A DNA stretch of 64,000 bases from Sporopachydermia quercuum (Eukaryota). Shown piece by piece: positions 1 to 10,838 of this stretch. Location: positions 434,001 to 498,000 of the forward strand of contig BCGN01000009.1 of NCBI GenBank assembly GCA_001599295.1, in the 5' to 3' direction. The translations under genes and the position numbers were made by a program. Numbering within the stretch: position 1 is the first letter of the stretch; every line of letters starts with the position of its first letter. The notes beneath the pieces were generated by a model. The model searched no databases. It had not been told where the DNA came from and saw only the letters and a list, made by a program, of their open reading frames with translations.

Positions 1-1
1 T

Positions 2-187
2 GACAGAATTTTATCTTTCTACCCGAAACACTTTTCGTCGGGAAAAATTTTAATCGGTGTTTTAGATCCAATAGAAACAAAAGGTTTAACTAAGGATGAT
101 GTGAATGATTTAGTAAAAAGGACTGAAGAGGCTATGAAGAAGAAGCTCCTAGAATTGAATGAAATCTTGAAGAAGAAGGAGAATTAG
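2..187 (+). CDS. SLC1: 3' end of a 1-acylglycerol-3-phosphate acyltransferase (Slc1-like), truncated by the window start
   Basis: Frame 2 is open from the edge and reads DRILSFYPKHFSSGKILIGVLDPIETKGLTKDDVNDLVKRTEEAMKKKL..EN, with TAG at 185-187. This resembles the LPAAT C-terminal G.I.I.VL.PI.T.GLT..DV motif. Only 61 codons are visible. Confidence 0.65.
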   Translation, partial: DRILSFYPKHFSSGKILIGVLDPIETKGLTKDDVNDLVKRTEEAMKKKLLELNEILKKKEN

Positions 188-2597
188 ATAAAGGGTTTAT
201 TATACCTTTGTATGATAACAGAAAACAAAAAACTAAAAAAGCTAGCATGAATTTAGAAGAAATGGGACAATAGTTATGTATTCAAAGATAGGTTTAGTGG
301 TNGCAATTGGGCAGTACAAGTACTCTTCTCTTATGGAACGGACCTGTCGTTCTTTTGGGTGCGACTTTGATGACCTAAATGCATTTCCGGATATCATGAA
401 CAAAATTAAAACCAGATTAATGTATCGTGATGGAATTATATTACAGACTGTTTGTCGCTCTGTATGGGTATCGTCTGATCTAGGATCCATTTGATAACGC
501 ATATACATCGTATGAGCTAGGGATTGTTATGTTTAGGAGGACATCNGATATAGAACCGATTTTATGGAATCAGCTCTGGTTTTCTGAACTGTAAATGTTG
601 GAACCCATTTCATTTTGTAACAAAGGAGATCTTTAGAACATTTCAATCAAATACCCCCAGCGTATAAATATATAAACAGAAAACTCACTACTTTCCATTA
701 AAAGGCTTCTCTCCTAACTTCATATCTGTCATAAGAAAGGGCCTGTCCTTCTAGATCTTAAACTGATGAACTCCACNTAGGTTACTAGATTTTATCTTGA
801 AAATAAGAACTTAGTCTACATTTCCAACTTTTTCTTGTCATCAGAGAACAGTCCTTCATAACACCATAGTAATATTAGTAGCAGTAGTGAAATACAATTG
901 TCTATTCAACAATACAATTCTGTCATGCCGGTAGAACGAGTACCAATTAACTAAAAATTATCCATTCAATCTACAGTGTAACATTTCACAAACATTGGAA
1001 TTAGTTTTTACATTTTAATGCAAACAAATAACCAAAAATAATAATAACCCTTTTCTCAACACATCAACACTCCTTTCTATTGTCCCTTATCGCATTGTTC
1101 TCCAAATAGAAGTAAACCGTTTGTTAGTGACAACTATTCAAGGGTATTAAAATAGAGTTTCATAGATGCTTTAAAAGTTTATCCATTGGGAAATAGCTTA
1201 CTTTATTCGTAAGATTAATCCGTTTACGGTTTACCAATACTTAAGCAAGGAATGAATGGCTCGCTGGTTGATAGTTTGAATGAAGATCGGAGTCAAACAT
1301 ATGATGCAAATGACCAGGGTTTAGAAATCCAATGGAAATATATACTCCGAATTTAGCAGTTTAATTAATTGGTACACGAAGACAAATGTGAACTTGGTTT
1401 ANCTTCTTCAACTGCTTTGCGCGCTTGACTGGGTCGTTATATCTCAGCAGACGTTCCTCTATCATTCATATTTGGATCAGATTCTACTTCCCATTAACTG
1501 AACTCACTCTGTCTAGTCAATTTTTAGTGATTGTTCCATCTTAGAGTAATTGAACATTCTAATTCTGAAGCCATCGTTTCTTCTCTACAATATCTGCTGA
1601 AATCTGTCAATATTCAATCAATCTTGCATGAATTTGCATATTTCAAACTCTATTTTCATTGCGAAGCGACTATAATTACTGTATTTGTCACTCCATACGA
1701 ATCAATGATCAACTATTCAATTCCAACATGTACCATCAAAGCATTTTAAAACAAATGAATTAGAAGCAGATCGTACTCAACTCTCACTAAATAATGTCAA
1801 TCTCCCCTTCATTTGCTCCCAACAATATCAGGAAATCTCAATTACGACCTCTCTATTACCAAATCATTAACTCGTTTGTTCTTCGTTTTTTCTTCGTTTT
1901 CGTCCTGTCATAACTCTTGAAATTCTGATTACGAAACCAAAATTAAATTTTCCACTATCCATTCCGTACATATAGAGCCAAAGAGCGAAAATATGTCCCG
2001 CATCTTTCACTCCTCATTATTCCTACTGATTTTTCCCGTATTATCAAATTTTCAGCTTGCAATAAACATCATTTAGTTCTTTTTCCTCTGTCTCCCACTC
2101 CTACTCTTACTCTTACCAGGCAATGATTCCCTGGACTTTTGGCATTACCATAGTTCTCTATCAGGAACAATTGGGATATAAATTTTCCCCGCCTGTTTGA
2201 AAACCTAAATAAACCCTTCGGTACAGGTTTGCTAAAATATGGCAATCATTACCGCAATTAGCATCAAAAGTTACATGCATACTATTTTTCGCTCTCATTG
2301 ATTATATAAAGTATCCTTAGGCCATTCANTCATTTGCCTTGTCCTTTTAGTTACGATAACGATGTAGATATAGATAAAAGGAAGAAGAAAAAGAAGAAGA
2401 AGAAGAANCATCCATAAATGTCGTTGAAGATAGTTTGTTGTAGGCTTGAAGCATAAATATAGACGGCTTATATCTGTTTGAATTTATTGATTGGTTGGTT
2501 TTAACATACTGTTGATTGGTATATGTATACTCATTTGTATACAAGTAACTAATAGGTTGCAAGAGAATCAGTTAATCGTTTGAAGAAAGAGATAAAG

Positions 2598-4184
2598 ATG
2601 GTTGGAATAGAAGAAGTGCGAAAGCATAACAAGAAGGATGACTGCTGGGTTATTATTCACAACAAGGTGTACGATGTGACAGAATTTTTACCGGAACATC
2701 CTGGTGGGTCACGTATTATTCTTAGATTTGCTGGTAAAGACGCTACTAAGAAATTTGACCCTATACATCCTCCAGACACTCTCGATAAGTATCTACCCCC
2801 ATCAAAACATAAAGGAGAATTGGTTATTCCTCCTGGTGAATCTATTACCATCACCAAGAAAAAGCCTGCTCAGGCTGCTCCTGCCCCAGTTTCCAAACCT
2901 GCTCCTTCTCCTACCCCTGCTCCTACATCCGCACCGGCAAGTGCACCTCCNGCTGATGATGACGATGAAGACGAAGAAGAAAAAATTAGAAGCAAATGGA
3001 TTGCTGCGAAGCCTCCTTTATCCCAATGCTATAATCTTCTTGATTTTGAATACATAGCTTCTAAAGTTATGTCCAAGACCGGTTGGGCATATTACTCTTC
3101 GGGTGCTGATGATGAAATCACTCTCCGTGAGAACAGAATAGCATTCCAAAGAGTTTGGTTCAGACCCCGTGTTTTAGTTGATGTTTCGAAAATCGATTTG
3201 AGCTGTACTATGCTGGGAACTAAGACATCTGCTCCTTTCTACGTAACTGCTACTGCTTTAGGTAAACTTGGACATCCTGATGGTGAAAAAGTCTTAACTA
3301 GAGCTGCTGCTAAGCATGATATAATTCAAATGATTCCAACTTTGGCATCTTGCTCATTTGATGAGATAGTTGATGCAGCAGTTGATAGCCAAACTCAATG
3401 GTTACAGCTATACGTAAATATGGATAGAGAAATCACCAAAAAGATTGTTCAACATGCTGAAAAGAGAGGAGTCAAAGGATTGTGGATCACCGTTGATGCC
3501 CCACAATTAGGACGTCGTGAAAAGGACATGAGAAGTAAATTCGAAGAAGAAGCAGCGGATATTCAAGAAGACGAAGATTCAATTGATAGATCTCAAGGTG
3601 CAGCTAGAGCCATTTCTTCCTTTATTGATCCTTCTTTGAACTGGGGAGATATTGCTTGGTTTAGAAAAATCACCAAAATGCCTATTGTTCTCAAGGGTAT
3701 TCAATGTGGTGAAGATGCTGTAAAGGCCGCTGAATATGGAGTTGATGCCATTTTATTATCAAATCATGGTGGTCGTCAATTAGAATTCGCCAGAGCTTCA
3801 ATTGAAGTCCTCATTGAAGTCATGCATGAACTCAAGATCAGACATTTAGAGGACAAACTTGAAGTATACATTGATGGTGGTATTAGAAGAGGTACTGACA
3901 TCATTAAGGCTCTTTGTTTAGGTGCTAAAGGTGTTGGGATTGGTAGACCTTTCCTCTATGCTATGTCAAGTTATGGGGATGCTGGTGTCATAAGAGCTAT
4001 GCAATTATTAAAGGACGAATTGGAAATGAACATGAGATTGATTGGAGCTAGAAGTATTGATGAATTGAATGAAAGCATGATTCAAGTTCAAGGTATTAGT
4101 TCTAGAAGTGTACCTAGAGATGTTCTATTTGACACTGTATATGAGCCTTTACTTTCTCCTGGATTCAACCAATCAAAGCTATAA
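2598..4184 (+). CDS. CYB2: Flavocytochrome b2 / FMN-dependent L-2-hydroxyacid (L-lactate) dehydrogenase with N-terminal cytochrome b5 domain and C-terminal SKL
   Basis: Cytochrome b5 motifs (HNKKDDCWVIIHNKVYDVTEFLPEHPGG) and FMN-dehydrogenase motifs (TVDAPQLGRREKD, SNHGGRQ, DGGIRRGTD). First ATG is at 2598, giving 528 aa. A possible short upstream exon is described in findings. Confidence 0.9.
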   Translation: MVGIEEVRKHNKKDDCWVIIHNKVYDVTEFLPEHPGGSRIILRFAGKDATKKFDPIHPPDTLDKYLPPSKHKGELVIPPGESITITKKKPAQAAPAPVSKPAPSPTPAPTSAPASAPXADDDDEDEEEKIRSKWIAAKPPLSQCYNLLDFEYIASKVMSKTGWAYYSSGADDEITLRENRIAFQRVWFRPRVLVDVSKIDLSCTMLGTKTSAPFYVTATALGKLGHPDGEKVLTRAAAKHDIIQMIPTLASCSFDEIVDAAVDSQTQWLQLYVNMDREITKKIVQHAEKRGVKGLWITVDAPQLGRREKDMRSKFEEEAADIQEDEDSIDRSQGAARAISSFIDPSLNWGDIAWFRKITKMPIVLKGIQCGEDAVKAAEYGVDAILLSNHGGRQLEFARASIEVLIEVMHELKIRHLEDKLEVYIDGGIRRGTDIIKALCLGAKGVGIGRPFLYAMSSYGDAGVIRAMQLLKDELEMNMRLIGARSIDELNESMIQVQGISSRSVPRDVLFDTVYEPLLSPGFNQSKL

Positions 4185-4744
4185 AGATCATTTGGCCGGC
4201 TTTTTCCATTTTGAATAGTTTTGTTTAGAATTTACGTTATATAAATATGCTTGAGAATCAATCGAAACTTTGGGTACTTTTTCGGCGATAGCATTTTTAT
4301 GAGTGCGACGTCAATTTCAATTGGTAGAATATCTTGGTTAAGATATAAAATTTGATTGCATGCAACAGACATAATTAGTATATAAATGGAATACTTAACG
4401 ATAAACAATAATTATTGTAATTAATGTATATATTTGTACTAGATGTTGAAGAAAGAAAAGAAAGAAAAAAATTGAAAAATACAAGTACATTATGATTGAT
4501 AGTATTAGTTCGAAAACAATGAAAAACAACAGTTGGAATCAGCCTTATGATTACTCCACGATCATATTCACCAAAATCAATTTCATGAAAAATATCAAGT
4601 GAATAGATAATCAAGAAGACAAAAGCAGTTATAGATAGCTGAGACCAATTACTGAGATTAAACTGTAAACAGGAAAAGAATGGCAATTGTATAATATGAT
4701 TGTTTTCATGGTCATACAATTATTGTATCAAGAATTTGGTTGTA

Positions 4745-5581
4745 TTACATGATGATACAGCATGAGTTGGTCCTGCATTTGTTAGTAATTCGATTCAACA
4801 AATAATAAGACAATGGACAATATCACATTACAATGGTTTGCACTATCATGTGAAATAACATGATATAGTAGTGTAATCATGCTAGCTTGTAAAATGGCGG
4901 TATAGTAAGAAATTCAGCTCAAACACATACTTTTTCGCTTGTTTATAAAACATCTTCGCACTTCCTGATAAGGCCTCACTTTTATCAACAAGCTTGTCAA
5001 TCTTTTCACCTCTATGTAAAACAGATTCTAATGTCTTATGTAGAACAATCTTTGTTTCGTCTAATTCCTTTTGAACTTGCATAATAGGATCAGCTTCTTT
5101 GGGATCTTGGTATTTTTTCAGATAAGCATCTAAACCTACTAATTCCATTTCAGAAGTTCCTCGTTCAGTAACGCTAGCCCATTTGCTTTGTTGTTTTGAG
5201 GATAAGAAATCTTCTAATACTTTAGTAAGAAGAGAATGTGCANCTCTCATAGGATATTCCCTGTCGGAAATAATAACTGCTGCAACTCCTTCTTGTCGGT
5301 TATAAACATGTCCAACATAATTGCTGCCTTCTTCAATTGCTTGACGTTGTCCTGGTTCTGTTCTTCCAGCCAAAGTTTCTGCTAAAAAGGTCATGAATTG
5401 TGATACCCTAGTTATTTGTTAGTTCAATTTGTGTTCAACCAATTATCAACATCTGTCTGCTTAGTTTATTTACTTACCCACTGCGCTCAAAGAAAGAGTA
5501 TGATGATAAATCACGGGCACTGGTGAGTTCTAAAGCCTTATCACCAGTAGACCTTATTATTCCAATATAATATAATTGCAT
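4745..5581 (-). CDS. YKT6: Longin R-SNARE Ykt6, 3 exons, 202 aa
   Basis: Exons 5581-5478, 5407-4931 and 4772-4745. Introns 5477-5408 (GTAAGT..AACTAAC..TAG) and 4930-4773 (GTATGT..TACTAAC..CAG). Protein starts [25 protein letters not shown] and ends in [10 protein letters not shown] (CCAAX). Confidence 0.96.
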
Positions 5582-6887
5582 TTTTAGATGGTGATGATGA
5601 TGACACTTGGTAATTATAGATATACCTTACGTTTGTTGTGCATTCAATACAATAAAAATATCCGCAAGCTTTCACAGACAACTCAACCTTCAATAATTTG
5701 TATCAGGAGGATTCTTCGTGTCGTGTGTTAGAGTAGTGTATGTCACAGTTTGCCCAATAAATCTTATTCTANCTGCAAGCTTGTCAATATAATAATAACT
5801 CGTATCAATTTGAAATCTATCTAACCACTGTAGGCTATCACCTTTCTTCTCCTCTATCTTTTATACTTTCGTATTGCAGCTGATGGCGTCTTCTGTTCGA
5901 TATAACTGTTGATGAGTCGTAACGCCTGTANGCAACTGATGTANTTCATAGTCACAAATATGAACAAGTTTTGTGTTTTGGGTACGATAAAGTATGGTTT
6001 GATCATGATAATTTTATGATTATGTGATCTGAAAATATTTGTGATTAAGGAAGCAAGATGCGAAATCAGTGGAGGAGAGAGGTATAGTTGATTGGTAGAC
6101 AATTAGAGAGCAGAAGTCCGTAAAAATGAAAGCAAATATGAATGCCGTTAACTTTACTGAGTTTACCTGCAACAGGAGATCTCACTCCCGTAGTAGTATC
6201 TTACTAATCTGTTTCAATCTCTTCAAACCCAGCTTCATCTTACTCTGAATGCTGTTCACCTAATCAACTAATAATACTACTGTTATCCTTATAGATTACA
6301 TAATCTTCAAGTGTATCTCCATACAACTCCGATCAGATCCCAGCAAAATAAATGATTATGATAGTAGTTGTTATGCAGCTAAGGTAAATACTACCGATAG
6401 ACAATCCAAAGCAGTTGAAAATTGGTCGTAATAGTTTTACGATATAGATGAGGAGTGTTAGTTTCTTAGATTGTACGAGTATATTTGTTATGAATAGACA
6501 TCTGAGCTATAGGACAATTAGTTTTATGATTGTGGAATAGAAGACTGATCTACATTACAACAAGAAAAGCAATTACAGATCTTGGAGATTATATGAAACG
6601 ACTGTCCATTATTTATCACCGGATGATCAAATGGAGTTTGAATTTTATTAAAGAAATTGCTCATTTTATGGATAATCTGAACAGAATAATCAATTGAAGG
6701 GCCACTATTTAGTACGAACTAGCTGTTCAACTTCGCTATTGAATAGTATTTGCTTGGCATAGCCTTGTAACTGATAACCAAAATCCTTGACAACCCTTTT
6801 TAGCAGATTAGCTGTTTGTGGAGGAAANCTACTACTATATCTACGAAATATAGATATCCTTGAATAGTTGAGTCTTTTTTTTCAACA

Positions 6888-7775
6888 ATGAACTCAGAAG
6901 GGTACTCGGGAAGTCATATCAAGTCGAACAGTTCAATCTCAGTAACTAAACCAACGAAAGCTATTAAGGTCTTGCTATTGGGAGATGCCTCAGTGGGGAA
7001 GACCTCACTGCGGACTAGATTTATATATCACAGTTTTTCACAGGCATATAGGGCGACAGTTGGAGGTGACTATCTGACGTCGAAAATCGAAACGGAACAT
7101 GGACCTGTGATACTTCAAATATGGGATACAGCAGGTCAGGAAAGATTCAACTCCCTGGGGACGTCATTTTACAGGGGTACAGACGTTGCAATTTTAGTAT
7201 ATGATTGTACCAATCCTGGTATGTTTTGTGGCTAATTGTTTTGTTCAAATTAATTCCTTAGTATCTTTGATTATATTGTGAGGCTCTAGGTCTATATGCA
7301 TATGGTTATACTAACACACCTTTTAGATTCATTTTCACATCTTACAAAATGGTTTCACGTATTTATAGAAAACGTTCATGTGGCAAGTCCCTCACTATTG
7401 ATAGTTGGAAATAAAATCGATATGACAGAATCTCAAAAGATATCACTACGTCAAGCCAAAGAATTTGCATCATTATACCTATCTTATTATAATAAAGTAC
7501 CCGACGTTAGCCCCAAAGATCTCCAGGGACTCCTTGACAATACCTCCACTCCACAGACTTCAGATTTTGAATACGATCCNTCAAATGACTGTTTTGAATC
7601 CAGTGCTAAGAACAATACCAATATCAATGATATATTCTCCCGGGCGGCATATTTAGGAACACTAAAGTCTATCATGAATGAGTCTAATACGCTTTCAAAA
7701 TTGAGTTTTGATGCCGATGAAAACATTGATATCTCCGGGCCAGTAAGAGGAAAATCTTTTTGGTCTTGCTGTTGA
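6888..7775 (+). CDS. Rab-family GTPase, divergent Rab7/Ypt11-like, 2 exons, 259 aa
   Basis: Motifs GDASVGKT, WDTAGQERF, NKID, ESSAK and a C-terminal CC. Intron 7219-7326 (GTATGT..TACTAAC..TAG) joins the two ORFs in frame (TNPD-SFSHL). Confidence 0.9.
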
Positions 7776-8089
7776 ATTTCATTCAATATCACTACAATCT
7801 GTTTCAAGCCCATACAGTCGTTCATTTAATTATTTATTCGCTCACAAGATGTCTTTGAAGAGAAGAATCAATGCGTGCAAGCTGCGCCTAATAGAATTTT
7901 TTATACTATGTTTAATATAAGTTAGATTTTTATTCATTCAACATGTTTACACAGTTGCCTGGCGTTGGTGATTAGAACTCGTATGAATTCCCCTGGGGTT
8001 CCTGACTTCTCATTCTTCAATTGTTTCCTTGGGTTGNAATTATCAGAATCATGCTATATAAATAGCATTTTCTAGCATTGTTGATAAAT

Positions 8090-8186
8090 GGGAGTTTGGC
8101 CGAGTGGTCTAAGGCGTCAGATTTAGGTTTTCTCGCTTAAAACTCTGATATCTTCGGATGCGCGAGTTCGAATCTCGTGACTCTCA
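8090..8186 (+). tRNA. tRNA-Leu, anticodon UAG, with a 15-nt intron (8128-8142)
   Basis: Acceptor stem GGGAGTT/GACTCTC, A box TGGCCGAGTGG, anticodon stem TCAGA/TCTGA with loop TT-TAG-G, long variable arm, T loop GTTCGAATC and a downstream T-run terminator. Confidence 0.96.
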
Positions 8187-8661
8187 CCATTTATTTTTTT
8201 TTTATTTTGAAGGCGGTAGATATGGATCTGCTAGTCCCCCATTTATCTAAATACGTTCTCAATTTCTGTAACTAATCTAAATATATAAATAATGAATCAC
8301 AATATCTATTCATTCTTGAGGTGAGCCAATTTACCGATAACGAAAAGTTGGGTTGAGTTCAACTCTGAGTATCATTCGATCATCACCTTCCCTCGTGACT
8401 ATACGCTACGCACGATCATCGGTTCATTTCAGATTGCTCCTTTTAAGTTACTTCAAGAAATCTCTTATCCTCTTCTGCTTCCTTCTAATAGGTTCCAGAT
8501 AATGGGTGGCATATAGTATCACATAACCATAAGCTAAAGATAGAAGCTATAAATACTATTGTTACAGTTAAGGAATATTTAATAACATAAGGATTATTTT
8601 CTTATGTTTATTTTTTTTGGTTACTTTTTACGATCTTAACGTATATTAATACATTCGTCAA

Positions 8662-9450
8662 ATGATGAGTTTGCCTGCCCCTCCACCTTATCACGATGAT
8701 GGTGAATCATCAGCACCACTACTGGAACCTGAGAACCAACAAGAAAGAACGTTCAATGACTCAGTTCCCGATGATTTCAAATATGGAACAAAAGTTATCG
8801 AATGTGATTTATCTATTAGACAAATATTTTTGAGAAAAGTGTATACATTGTTGTTTGCTCAACTAGGTCTTACTATGATCATTGGATCATGTATATTTAT
8901 GTTTCCCAGTGTTTCACGATGGGCATTATTAAATCCATGGGCTTCCTACGTTTCTATGATACTCTCTGTTGTGTTCATGATTACAGCTTTTGTTATGAGC
9001 AGGAGATATCCCTACAATTTGATGTTCTTATTTTTATTCACACTTGCTGAGAGTTATGTGGTAGGAGTGATATCATCTTTGTTCGATACAAACATTGTCT
9101 TGCAAGCTTTAACCATCACAACATTTCTATTCATAGGTTTAACTTTGTTTGCACTGCAAACCAAGTATGACTTAACTAGTTTAAGTGGTTATCTGTTTGG
9201 TGCATTGTGGATTCTCATAGGCATTGGTTTTGTTATGATGTTTTTCCCTAGAACGTCTAGTATGGAATTAGCTTATAGTTGCTTTGGGGCACTTGTATTT
9301 TCAGTCTATGTCATAGTCGACACTCAAATGATTATTAGAAAATATAGTCCTGAGGAAGAGGTACCTGCTGCCATTAGCTTGTACTTGGACATTATTAACA
9401 TATTCTTGTACGTCTTGCGAATTGTTGCCAATGCAAACAACGACAACTAG
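8662..9450 (+). CDS. BXI1: Bax inhibitor-1 / TMBIM family membrane protein
   Basis: PPPY and PDDFKYG in the N-terminus, IRQIFLRKVY, about 7 hydrophobic helices, YVIVDTQMI and AAISLYLDIINIFL. Confidence 0.92.
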   Translation: MMSLPAPPPYHDDGESSAPLLEPENQQERTFNDSVPDDFKYGTKVIECDLSIRQIFLRKVYTLLFAQLGLTMIIGSCIFMFPSVSRWALLNPWASYVSMILSVVFMITAFVMSRRYPYNLMFLFLFTLAESYVVGVISSLFDTNIVLQALTITTFLFIGLTLFALQTKYDLTSLSGYLFGALWILIGIGFVMMFFPRTSSMELAYSCFGALVFSVYVIVDTQMIIRKYSPEEEVPAAISLYLDIINIFLYVLRIVANANNDN

Positions 9451-9707
9451 CTTTGTATATTTAACAAACTTATATACGAAGTATGGTCTAAAGTAACGAG
9501 ATGAGTGTATGAAATTGGGAATAAACAATGTTTTTGGTTCTTTTGGGAAATGATTGTAGAGTATTTTTCAACTAGTTATTAATTTTCTACCATTGTTGAG
9601 TATGTAGTAAAGTGTTACACAAAAAATACAATGCAAACAACACTAGTGACTTTTTCCTATCTCTAAAACATATTGAATCATAACTCTATAGCCTCCATGC
9701 AAGTGAA

Positions 9708-10838
9708 CTAGAAAAAACCACCAAGTTTTAGAAGATAGTCACCAATTATACCTGCAAAAATGAAATGACCAGTGTTGATGTTGTTGGTAAACCAACTCCA
9801 GCAGTTCTTTGGATCATCTAAATTGACTTTCTTTATCATTCTTCCGACTCTAAATCCTCCATATCCCATACTAACCACCCAGAATAAAGGTCCCATTCCA
9901 CCCATATAACCAGCAAGACCTAGAAGAGCAAATTGTCCCACTGCAAGTTTTGCCAAGATTGGCTTGGTTCTGTCTCCCCATTTCAAAGCTGTTGACTTGA
10001 TACCAGCTATGATGTCAAATTTCTTGTCTTGATGAGCATATATAGTATCATAAATCATGCACCAATTAAATGATGATAGGAAAAGTGGTACCATAGTCTT
10101 CCAATCCCAGACTCCCATAGCTGGAAATCCTAATAGAGCTCCCCAGTTGAAGCAAAGAGAAAGCATAACTTGAGGGTAGTAAGTGAACCTTTTGAACAAT
10201 GGGTAAGACGCTACTAATGGTAAACTAGCCGCACCCAAAAGAAAGCAGTCTGAAGGTAAACTGAGAAGAACTCCTAGACCAACAAAGCATTGAGCTCCAA
10301 GATACGCAACAGCCTGATTTACTGAAACTCTTCCTGATGCAATTGGTCTTCCAACAGTTCTTCCTACTTTGGAATCCAAGTTCCTGTCTAACAAATCATT
10401 AATTGTACAGCCAGCACCTCTCATAACCAAAGCACCAACACCAAACAATGCTAGAGTGGTAAGTGTCTGGGAAATAGATGCCCCTGTTTGATGCGCTGCC
10501 ATACCAATAGCCCAAGTACATGGTGAGTATAACAACCAAGTACCAACAGGTTTTTCTAATCTGCTCAATTCTGCATAAGGAATCCAAGATACTGGTAATC
10601 TCGAGACAAATGGTCCTAATTCTTCTGGGGTCAAAGTCTTTGGTCTCAAAACATTGTGATCATTTGATTCCGAAACTGCTAATCTACGGAATGATGATGA
10701 TCTGAGTAATGATACATATGATGTGTGGATCTTATTCAATTCCAAGCCGATTTTTGAAGAGTCTGTTCTCAAAAAACTACCAAAAGCTTTACAAAGCTCC
10801 TTTTTCTGGCTTGGGAGTACTGATCTTGAGAGAATCAT
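9708..10838 (-). CDS. COQ2: 4-hydroxybenzoate polyprenyltransferase (UbiA family)
   Basis: RLEKPVGTWLL, MRGAGCTINDLLDRNLD, RPIASG and YDTIYAHQDKKFD, with a basic Ser-rich mitochondrial-type N-terminus. Confidence 0.96.
   Translation of the reverse strand: MILSRSVLPSQKKELCKAFGSFLRTDSSKIGLELNKIHTSYVSLLRSSSFRRLAVSESNDHNVLRPKTLTPEELGPFVSRLPVSWIPYAELSRLEKPVGTWLLYSPCTWAIGMAAHQTGASISQTLTTLALFGVGALVMRGAGCTINDLLDRNLDSKVGRTVGRPIASGRVSVNQAVAYLGAQCFVGLGVLLSLPSDCFLLGAASLPLVASYPLFKRFTYYPQVMLSLCFNWGALLGFPAMGVWDWKTMVPLFLSSFNWCMIYDTIYAHQDKKFDIIAGIKSTALKWGDRTKPILAKLAVGQFALLGLAGYMGGMGPLFWVVSMGYGGFRVGRMIKKVNLDDPKNCWSWFTNNINTGHFIFAGIIGDYLLKLGGFF

Noticed and set aside
242..2562. Small ORFs upstream of CYB2, and the antisense or nested ORFs inside the main genes throughout the window
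   Set aside because: They are short, mostly have non-ATG starts, or are shadows of real CDSs or simple repeats.
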